Part shown: positions 1 to 7,133 of the stretch, piece after piece
Layout: each line of letters begins with the position of its first letter
Position numbering within the stretch: position 1 is the first letter of the stretch
Assembly (NCBI GenBank): GCA_030167145.1
Contig: CP126532.1
Span: 60,001-92,000 of the forward strand
Direction of reading: 5' to 3'
DNA from: Ktedonobacterales bacterium
Lineage (GTDB): Bacteria > Chloroflexota > Ktedonobacteria > Ktedonobacterales > JADMIN01
Length of the DNA: 32,000 nt
The notes under the pieces: model-generated
What the model saw: only the letters and a program-made list of their open reading frames with translations
What the model was told of the DNA's origin: nothing
Database searches by the model: none
Position numbers and translations under genes: made by a program

Positions 1-405
1 AATACCTGGAATGATTGCCAGCGCCGCAAGCATCTGAGTCAAATTTGGCCGTTGTCGTAGCAAGATTGGCTCGAAGACAACGGTAAATAGCGGAAAACTC
101 GAAAACGCGAGCAAACCAACCGCGACATTTGAAACATTGATGGCCTGGAAAAAGGTAGTCCAGTGTATAGCTAGCAATACGCCCTGAGAGAGCAGCACCG
201 CAGCCTCACGAGTGGCATGCGGGCGAGTGTAGAGATGTAGCCAGCGAACCACAATCATAATGGCAAGTGAGGCAATCACGACACGGCCCAAGACAATAAG
301 GGGGGCAGGCAAACCACTCAGTTTGCCTAATACGCCTGCGAATCCAAAAAGCATGACTGCCAGGTTGATATAGGCAAGCCTCCGCGCACGCGACCCCACC
401 TCCAT
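1..405 (-). CDS. EamA/DMT-family transporter, N-terminal 135 codons only (3' end lies beyond base 1)
   Basis: Not in the ORF track (no stop inside the window). My reverse-strand translation from ATG at 405-403 gives MEVGSRARRLAYINLAVMLFGFAGVLGKLSGLPAPLIVLGRVVIASLAIMIVVRWLHLYTRPHATREAAVLLSQGVLLAIHWTTFFQAINVSNVAVGLLAFSSFPLFTVVFEPILLRQRPNLTQMLAALAIIPGI. It is open to base 1 (405 nt = 135 codons). It has about four hydrophobic helices and a pattern typical of the first EamA repeat. Confidence 0.6.
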   Translation of the reverse strand, partial: MEVGSRARRLAYINLAVMLFGFAGVLGKLSGLPAPLIVLGRVVIASLAIMIVVRWLHLYTRPHATREAAVLLSQGVLLAIHWTTFFQAINVSNVAVGLLAFSSFPLFTVVFEPILLRQRPNLTQMLAALAIIPGI

Positions 406-600
406 GCGATCAATCTGATTCACGTCAGACCCCACCGATAACTGCCCGCACGAGTTGAACTGCCTTCTACAAAGGGCGCTGATGTAGCGGCATGTTATCA
501 CAATATCCAGTCCGAACCACCCGAAGCTAGCTTGTACTTTGCCACTGAAGGAGTTGGAAGGAGCGAAACAGTCATACGCCTCATACGGAACATCAACACA

Positions 601-1938
601 TTAGAAATTCAGGTGGCTGCGATGATACAGTAAATACAGCATTAGTGCCTGGCGATAGTCTTCCATCGTAGCGTCATGCGATGCGTTTACGCGGTCTGTA
701 AGTGCGAGAATACCCTCAGCCAGCCGTAGATCGGCCTCATCCACAAATCCAGAGCGGCGGAGCGCATCAAGTACGGCATACGGATCGTCACCTTCAACTG
801 GCACACCATAGCTGCGAGCAGCACGTCGCACATATGCTTCAAGCTGATATCGCAATTGCCAAAAGATGTGGCCGTCGGTCCGTTGCTCGGCTGGCGATGA
901 TGCTGCACGCTGCGCTACAACTTGTGATGGTATGTCAGGCGTCAGTGCGGACGGCTGTGATCTGGCGCCAGGAGGCGGCCCAAAGCGAACCGGCTGATAG
1001 CTAGCGGCATTTTCACTTCCGAAAGGAAGCGGTGCAAAGTCGTTTTCATCTGGATGCATATCGCGAAGTACATCGCCATACAGATGATACAACTCTTCCG
1101 GGAGATCATGAGCCGATTGGCGCGAGGAGGCAGGAGGGCCAGCATATCGGTTGGAGTCGCCACGTATAATGGGTAGCGGACCGGTAGGTAGGTCAGTGAG
1201 AGGATGAACAGAGCCAGAGGCGGATGAACGCCCTCCTGTGTGCTGTCCAGTCCCCATGGGTAGGCCAGCTGCTGGAAGCGCTTGGTGCGCAGTGACAGGA
1301 ACGGTGGGATCGGCGATTCCATCTAACATATGCGACGGTCTACCACGTATCGAGGCGTCATTGCCCCCTCCCGCAGTCGCAGCCCGTGGCCCATGGTCGA
1401 ATCCATCACGTGCATTCGCGCTCCTCAATAGTGCAGCCTCGAGTACGCGCGTCTGATGACGTTCATCTTCTGGGTCATAGTGTGATCCGCGCTCGTGACT
1501 ACCCTGAGCATTGGTCCACGAAGCGGATTGTTGGCGCATTCCGAAATCAGATGCGCGCCCATTGACGAAAGCGATAAAATGGCGCTGAAACTCGCTGGCG
1601 ATACGAGGGATGCGCGTGCGTAATCCAGGCATGCGGCGTTGCATACGCGGATGTCGCAACACCGTATTGATCTCAAGATATCGTAGAAACAGGCGCTCGA
1701 TAAATCTGCGTAACTCAGGAGACGTGACATCAACACGCTGCAATTGCGTGAAGTTAACTGAAAGCAGAAACCGCTCTATTTCCTCTCCGGTAGCACGTGC
1801 GAGCGGACGTACACGAACAGCGTTAGATTGATAATCGTAGAATGCGGGATAGGCGCAGTGGAGGGCGAGATGAGTGGCTAATTCTGTGCGTAGCCGCTCC
1901 ATCTGGCGTGAATCCAGATCGCCAACACAAACCCCCAT
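601..1938 (-). CDS. Hypothetical protein, 445 aa: structured N- and C-terminal regions joined by a ~200-aa low-complexity linker
   Basis: Longest ORF in the region. ATG at 1938 has GAGGAG about 10 nt upstream. Residues ~130-340 are Pro/Gly/Ser/Ala/Arg-rich. The C-terminal ~100 aa are helical and contain RVNASH (nt 676-693). No family recognised by eye. Confidence 0.7.
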   Translation of the reverse strand: MGVCVGDLDSRQMERLRTELATHLALHCAYPAFYDYQSNAVRVRPLARATGEEIERFLLSVNFTQLQRVDVTSPELRRFIERLFLRYLEINTVLRHPRMQRRMPGLRTRIPRIASEFQRHFIAFVNGRASDFGMRQQSASWTNAQGSHERGSHYDPEDERHQTRVLEAALLRSANARDGFDHGPRAATAGGGNDASIRGRPSHMLDGIADPTVPVTAHQALPAAGLPMGTGQHTGGRSSASGSVHPLTDLPTGPLPIIRGDSNRYAGPPASSRQSAHDLPEELYHLYGDVLRDMHPDENDFAPLPFGSENAASYQPVRFGPPPGARSQPSALTPDIPSQVVAQRAASSPAEQRTDGHIFWQLRYQLEAYVRRAARSYGVPVEGDDPYAVLDALRRSGFVDEADLRLAEGILALTDRVNASHDATMEDYRQALMLYLLYHRSHLNF

Positions 1939-2134
1939 CTGGCACGTGCTCCTCGACTCGTCGGACGGTCTCGCCCAAATGTGAACCGCTCACTGCCCTT
2001 GCGACCACGCGCCAAGTCTACCACGCACGCGCATAGGACTCAAAATCAGGCAGGACAGAATACGTATCTGCACAGTCACAAGCCTTGCGACATGCTATAC
2101 TCGCCATTAGGGTCTCGGGTCAAGATGGTAGCTC

Positions 2135-2143
2135 TGCTACAAT
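2135..2143 (+). promoter_or_regulatory. Possible extended -10 promoter (TGcTACAAT) for the glycosyltransferase gene
   Basis: TG at 2135-2136, one spacer base, TACAAT at 2138-2143, 32 nt upstream of ATG 2175. No good -35. Pattern match only. Confidence 0.25.
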
Positions 2144-2174
2144 ACAAGCACATGTGAGAAGAGGGCAGAAGTGA

Positions 2175-3308
2175 ATGCGTGTCGCGATTGACTATACCCC
2201 TGCTATCGCGCAAACCGCAGGCATCGGGCGCTACACCCGTAGTCTGGTGGAGGCGCTCGCGCATCTGAAGAGTGATGATTCCTTCACCCTATTCTCGTCT
2301 GAGCAGCCCGTGAAGGGACGTGGGTTTCCCACCGCAGCGAATATGCGGCCACGAGTGTTCGGAGTCGGGAATCGTGCCATGACTATCCTCTGGCAGCGGC
2401 TACGTGTGCCATTGCCTGCGGAACTACTAATTGGACGAGCTGATGTCTTGCACGGGCCTGATTTCATATTGCCACCGGTGTTTCGTGCTCGGCGCGTCGT
2501 CACGATTCACGATTTGGCTTTCCTGACACATCCAGAGTGCGCTCTGCCCAGCCTTGCGGCATACCTCTCTGTGGTAACGCCTCGCGCTATACAAGCAGCA
2601 GATCGGGTTATCGCGGTCTCACAGCGTACTGCTGATGATATCGTGGAGCGGTATCACACGCCACGCGAGAAAATCACGGTAATCCATTTAGGCTTAGACC
2701 CGCGCTTCACTTCGATACGTGACGAGGCTGCCATTGAACGCATACGAAGTACATACGGCTTCAAACGGCCAACAATACTTGCGGTAGGAACCATAGAGCC
2801 ACGTAAAAACTACGAGCGGCTGATTGCCGCATTTGCGCAGGCACGACATGTGATGCGCGGACCACAGATGCTCGTGATCGCTGGGCGGAAAGGCTGGCTC
2901 TACGAGGGCGTCTTCTCAGCAGTCGAGCGTTTTCATGTCTCAGACGCCGTAAGATTCCTCGATTTCGTACCCGATGCGGACTTACCAACTCTATATCAGG
3001 CGGCTGATGCGCTGGCAATGCCATCGCTCTATGAAGGCTTCGGCATACCAGCAGTCGAGGCTATGGCCAGTGGCACACCGGTAGTATGCGCTGCTACGGG
3101 AGCGCTGCCCGAAGTGGTAGGGGACGCAGCAATCCAGATCGCGCCGGAAGACATCAATGGGTTGGCAGAGGCGCTGGTGCGTATTGTACAAGATGGCGTG
3201 GTGCGTGAGCGCCTGATCGCACGCGGGCTTGAGCAGGCGGCACGGTACAATTGGGAGGCAGCAGCTCGCGCTCACCTGCATGTCTATGCCGAGGCAGCGC
3301 AAAGATAG
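2175..3308 (+). CDS. Glycosyltransferase family 4 (GT-B fold, Glycos_transf_1 type)
   Basis: 377-aa ORF with ATG at 2175. C-terminal signature LYQAADALAMPSLYEGFGIPAVEAMASGTPVVCAATGALPEVVGDAA is typical of GT4 retaining transferases. Confidence 0.9.
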   Translation: MRVAIDYTPAIAQTAGIGRYTRSLVEALAHLKSDDSFTLFSSEQPVKGRGFPTAANMRPRVFGVGNRAMTILWQRLRVPLPAELLIGRADVLHGPDFILPPVFRARRVVTIHDLAFLTHPECALPSLAAYLSVVTPRAIQAADRVIAVSQRTADDIVERYHTPREKITVIHLGLDPRFTSIRDEAAIERIRSTYGFKRPTILAVGTIEPRKNYERLIAAFAQARHVMRGPQMLVIAGRKGWLYEGVFSAVERFHVSDAVRFLDFVPDADLPTLYQAADALAMPSLYEGFGIPAVEAMASGTPVVCAATGALPEVVGDAAIQIAPEDINGLAEALVRIVQDGVVRERLIARGLEQAARYNWEAAARAHLHVYAEAAQR

Positions 3309-3313
3309 GCCCT

Positions 3314-3335
3314 TCGACGCTAGCGGCGGCGTCGA
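3314..3335 (+). terminator. Weak terminator-like hairpin between the GT4 and glycosylase genes
   Basis: tcgacgc (3314-3320) pairs with gcgtcga (3329-3335) across an 8-nt loop, 6 nt after the TAG stop. It is followed by AT-rich gtaatatatag but no clean T-run. Confidence 0.25.
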
Positions 3336-3368
3336 GTAATATATAGCAAGGAAGGTTTAACCTTAACC

Positions 3369-4322
3369 ATGTCACAAGAATTAGCTGCCGAATTGATGGT
3401 TGTCCCTCCGTTTGACCTTGAGCGCACCGTAGCCGCACTTCGCCGGCGCCCCAATCATCTTGCCGAAGCGTTCATCGAGGGTGAATATCGCCGCATGCTC
3501 ATGTTTGGTGGCACACGACACCTTATCGGAGTACGCCAGATTGCACCAAACTGTATAAGCTTACGTGTGATAGACGGCCCAATGGCCCAGTTGGAGCAGA
3601 GTGCTGCAGCACAGCTTCTCGACGTGACGCTTGGACTGTCATTCGACCTGACGCCCCTGTACGATGCGCTGGCATTCAATCACACGCTCTCTGCGTTGGC
3701 ACAAGCAGTTCGTGGCATGAAGCCGCCACGCTTCGAGTCACTCTGGGTGACATTGCTCAGCGTGGTGCCATTCCAGCAAGTGAGTCTGGCAGCTGGAATG
3801 GCGGTGCTCAATCGGTTAATCGCAACCCTAGGCAGTAGATGCGAGTACGAAGGATACACGTACTACAGCTACCCTGACCCCCAAAATGTGCTCACCGGCG
3901 GAAGCACCCAACTGCGCGCATGTGGACTCAGTCAGGCGAAAGCGCGAACGCTGATCACCCTGGCCGAGTGCGTGCGCGATGGAGATATTACGGATGCAGA
4001 TATTGCCAGGCTAGATGACACACATGCGGCAATGCGGCTGATGGAGTTACCAGGCATCGGCCCGTGGAGCGCGCATCTGGTATTATTGCGCGGCTTTCGA
4101 CGGCTCAACTTCTTTCCGGCGGGCGATTCTGGCGCACTTCGCAACGCTCGCGTGCTATTTGGCAGCACGCCTGATGTTGCGGAACGCACCTTGCGAGAGA
4201 CCATCGAACATCTGGGGCCATACAAAGGCTATCTCTACTTCTTGTTACTAGCATCCAGACTGCTTCATGAAGGTAACATCACAGGGAATCGAGGCGCCAA
4301 TGTGGAAGAAGTGACATCATGA
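3369..4322 (+). CDS. HhH-GPD superfamily DNA glycosylase (AlkA / 3-methyladenine glycosylase II-like)
   Basis: 317-aa ORF. The helix-hairpin-helix plus Gly/Pro loop LPGIGPWSAHLVLLRGF is followed by the catalytic-Asp segment FFPAGDSGALRNA. Its stop overlaps the next start (ATGA at 4319-4322). Confidence 0.85.
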   Translation: MSQELAAELMVVPPFDLERTVAALRRRPNHLAEAFIEGEYRRMLMFGGTRHLIGVRQIAPNCISLRVIDGPMAQLEQSAAAQLLDVTLGLSFDLTPLYDALAFNHTLSALAQAVRGMKPPRFESLWVTLLSVVPFQQVSLAAGMAVLNRLIATLGSRCEYEGYTYYSYPDPQNVLTGGSTQLRACGLSQAKARTLITLAECVRDGDITDADIARLDDTHAAMRLMELPGIGPWSAHLVLLRGFRRLNFFPAGDSGALRNARVLFGSTPDVAERTLRETIEHLGPYKGYLYFLLLASRLLHEGNITGNRGANVEEVTS

Positions 4323-4756
4323 CGGCACATGCGCAACCTGACACGACGCATGTTGTGACGTGCTTCCTGCTACGACAGTCTCACAATGGGGCAGAGGTGC
4401 TGTTGGTAAGGCGGAGCCAGCAGGTACGTACGTACAAAGGAGCATGGGCCGGAGTCAGCGGGTATCTAGAGCCAGGCGTAACTCCAGTCGAGCAGGCGTA
4501 TACGGAGATTCGCGAAGAGACGAGACTTCAGCGTAGCGATGTCCTGCTAGTTCGTGAAGGCATGCCTCTAACATTTCATGACACGACAGTAGGGTTGACG
4601 TGGGTGGTTCACCCATTCCTCTTCAGACTTGCCGAGAACGCAACAATTCGCACGGATTGGGAAGCTACCGAATACGAATGGGTATTGCCAGCGCTTGTCA
4701 GTCAGCGCCAAACCGTGCCAATGCTCGCGGAGGCACTAGCGCATGTCTACCCCTAA
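4319..4756 (+). CDS. NUDIX hydrolase family protein
   Basis: 145-aa ORF. Nudix-box region WAGVSGYLEPGVTPVEQAYTEIREETRL keeps the core glutamates (E..EE), while flanking box positions (first E, R, final G) are substituted. The start overlaps the upstream stop, and the 3' end overlaps the next gene by 14 nt. Confidence 0.8.
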   Translation: MTAHAQPDTTHVVTCFLLRQSHNGAEVLLVRRSQQVRTYKGAWAGVSGYLEPGVTPVEQAYTEIREETRLQRSDVLLVREGMPLTFHDTTVGLTWVVHPFLFRLAENATIRTDWEATEYEWVLPALVSQRQTVPMLAEALAHVYP

Positions 4757-5711
4757 GAGATTGCCGAATGACAACGGAGCAACATTGCCGTCAGCGCTGC
4801 AGGATAGCATCTATCGCATCCGCGATGACCGAGAACATGGAGCGAGTTGGCTAAGCCGCGAGGCGGCGCGCTCTATGCTAGAAGGTGCAAAGAGTGGCAG
4901 TAATGTCACTGCTGAACAACAGTTGGAGCAACTTCATGCTGTTGCGCGCGCATTCGTAGATATCCGCCCAAGCATGGCGGCTCTGGCCAATACGGTAGCA
5001 CGGATCTGGGCGGCTACCGCGCACAGCGAATGGTCTGCGTATGCGCGGCTCAACGCGCTAAGATCGGAAGCACAGCGTTCGTATGAAGCCTGGGACGCTG
5101 CCAGCGAAGCAATCTATCACCATGCGCGACCGTACCTGGCAGGCACACTGTATACACATAGTCGGTCGGGAACGGTGGAATATGTCCTCACTCATGTAGC
5201 TGCCGACCAGTATACCATAGATGGTCGGCGTCATATCGTCGTCAGCGAGTCACAACCAGGTGGTGAGGGGCTTGCCACTGCGCGCGCTCTGGCAACAGCG
5301 GGCTGGCAGGTAACATTGGTCGCGGATGCCGCTTGTGGATTGTTTCTGAGCGATACACAGACTGTCATCATCGGTGCGGATAGTGTGCGCGCTGATGGAA
5401 GTGTGATAAATAAGGTCGGCACATATCCCCTGGCGCTGATGGCGCACCAAGCACACGTTCCTATCTATGTGCTCTGCGAAACAGTGAAGATCGCCGCACC
5501 AGATTTTCCGCTTGTATATGAGGAGATGCCGCCAGAAGAGCTTCTCCCGCAGCCAATAGCTGGCATTACGCCTCGAAATCCATACTTTGACCGCACACCA
5601 CCTGAACTGATCACTGCTATAATTGCCGAAACTGGCGTTTTATCGGACGCGAAGCGCACACGACTGGCGACTGAAGCAACATATTTGCTCGAGATACTCG
5701 CTACCGAATAG
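4743..5711 (+). CDS. eIF-2B alpha/beta/delta-like (IF-2B family) protein, related to MtnA / ribose-1,5-bisphosphate isomerases but lacking their catalytic Cys
   Basis: 322-aa ORF. Family hallmarks: VVSESQPGGEG, TLVADAA, IIGADSVRADGSVINKVGTYPLALMAHQAHVPIYVLCE. The position of the isomerase catalytic Cys reads THSRSG (nt 5154-5171). Confidence 0.8.
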   Translation: MSTPKRLPNDNGATLPSALQDSIYRIRDDREHGASWLSREAARSMLEGAKSGSNVTAEQQLEQLHAVARAFVDIRPSMAALANTVARIWAATAHSEWSAYARLNALRSEAQRSYEAWDAASEAIYHHARPYLAGTLYTHSRSGTVEYVLTHVAADQYTIDGRRHIVVSESQPGGEGLATARALATAGWQVTLVADAACGLFLSDTQTVIIGADSVRADGSVINKVGTYPLALMAHQAHVPIYVLCETVKIAAPDFPLVYEEMPPEELLPQPIAGITPRNPYFDRTPPELITAIIAETGVLSDAKRTRLATEATYLLEILATE

Positions 5712-5726
5712 TCACAAAAAGATTCA

Positions 5727-5996
5727 CTACGCCATAACTGCTAGCAGTGCGTGGGCGTAGGCTTCCTCGACCGTCTGGCCGTCGTAGTACCCTGCGTCCA
5801 GCAAAATGCGGTAGCGACACTTCCATCGACGGGTAGCGGCAAGCGTGAGTTTGAAGAGGTTGTACCCTGGCACACGCGCTTCAAGTGCCCGCCGAAGTGC
5901 GGCCTCATCGGTTGCGACGACTCCTCGTTCGGTGAGTTGGCGTACTAGCTGATCGGGAAGCGGCATGTGTTGTGATACGCCTTCATTGTCGCTCAT
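5727..5996 (-). CDS. Small hypothetical protein, 89 aa
   Basis: This is the last 89 codons of the 447-aa track ORF 5727..7070. An internal ATG at 5996 is preceded by AGGAG 6 nt upstream. Sequence: MSDNEGVSQHMPLPDQLVRQLTERGVVATDEAALRRALEARVPGYNLFKLTLAATRRWKCRYRILLDAGYYDGQTVEEAYAHALLAVMA. The rest of the long ORF is antisense to the ROK gene. Confidence 0.55.
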   Translation of the reverse strand: MSDNEGVSQHMPLPDQLVRQLTERGVVATDEAALRRALEARVPGYNLFKLTLAATRRWKCRYRILLDAGYYDGQTVEEAYAHALLAVMA

Positions 5997-6078
5997 CTCG
6001 TACTCCTGAAGTGGGTTTTGCAATATACTTCCAATGAGTTTAGCCCGCTTAAGTGTAGCAGAGTGAAAGAGGCGCCGC

Positions 6079-7083
6079 ATGGCCAGCAAGCACGCCAAGC
6101 AGTTGCGTGTGGGCGTAGAGATTGCAGAGAGCGCCACACGCTTGACCGCGACCACGGAGCCGAATGTCTCAGGGTTGCGATGGCAGACACGACTTGCGGC
6201 CCCACCAAGTCCCGAAATCGCTACCGCGGAAATTGCCTCGCTGATCGCCCGTGTGACACATGAAATTGTGGCGACGCACTCTGAAATAGAGTCAAACGTC
6301 GCTGCTGTTGGAATCGCGGTGGGAGGGCAGGTGGATGCAGAGCAAGGCATTGTCCTTGCTCTGCCACAAGCGGTGTCCTGGACCGACTTTCCACTAGTCA
6401 GGCACCTTACAGAGCATCTTAGCGTGCCCGTCCAGATGGACTCTGCGACCAACGCCGCGGGTCTTGCCGAATACCATCTAGGGGCAGCTAGAGCAGCCGC
6501 ACATATGCTATACATCCATCTAGGACGTGGCATTACGTCTGCATACATCGAGCATAGCCAGTTGCTCCACGGTGCGCAAGGCACCGCTGGCGCACTAGGC
6601 CATCTGCTGGTTCGTGTGGATGGACCACGCTGCTCCTGCGGCGCACACGGGCACCTCGAGCCAATCGCCTCGGCACAATCCGTGGTGCGGCGAATGATCG
6701 GCCAAGCCGTAGACCACGAATCCAGCCACACAACTATGCTCCAGAAGACGGGTGGAAGAGCGGAGGCGATAACTGTAGCGCAGATCGTTGAATTGTCTGA
6801 AAGTGGAGAGCCAGTGGCGCAGGCCATCGTGAACGATGCTCTTGATGCGCTCAGTCTGGCTCTGGCACATGCGGTCACACTCCTGGCGCCCGACACAATT
6901 GTGATCGGTGGTCCATTCGCTTTGATTGGCGAACCATTCCTCATGCCATTGCGGGCACGTGTACAGAAGCTTTGCCAGCCAGTTACTCGCGTGCCGGAGT
7001 TGGTAGGAGCTGCTTTAGAACCACGCGCGGCGATGATTGGCGCATACCTGCTGGCAGAGGCTATCACCACGTCATTGGGCTAA
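6079..7083 (+). CDS. ROK-family protein (divergent; no N-terminal HTH, degenerate ATP phosphate-1 motif)
   Basis: 334-aa ORF. ROK zinc motif CSCGAHGHLE and ROK signature region IHLGRGITSAYIEHSQLLHGAQGTAGALGHL. The N-terminal DxGxT kinase motif reads GVEIAESAT (nt 6112-6138), and AGEIGH reads AGALGH. Confidence 0.8.
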   Translation: MASKHAKQLRVGVEIAESATRLTATTEPNVSGLRWQTRLAAPPSPEIATAEIASLIARVTHEIVATHSEIESNVAAVGIAVGGQVDAEQGIVLALPQAVSWTDFPLVRHLTEHLSVPVQMDSATNAAGLAEYHLGAARAAAHMLYIHLGRGITSAYIEHSQLLHGAQGTAGALGHLLVRVDGPRCSCGAHGHLEPIASAQSVVRRMIGQAVDHESSHTTMLQKTGGRAEAITVAQIVELSESGEPVAQAIVNDALDALSLALAHAVTLLAPDTIVIGGPFALIGEPFLMPLRARVQKLCQPVTRVPELVGAALEPRAAMIGAYLLAEAITTSLG

Positions 7084-7133
7084 TAGAGTAGCAGTGGACT
7101 GATAAACGTGGCATAATAGCTGTCGCGTAGCCA

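Noticed and set aside
5997-7070. Upstream 358 codons of the 447-aa minus-strand track ORF 5727..7070
   Set aside because: It is Ala/Arg/Ser/Cys-rich, resembles no family, and is exactly antisense to the well-supported ROK gene. Only the last 89 codons (5727-5996), with their own AGGAG RBS, look real.
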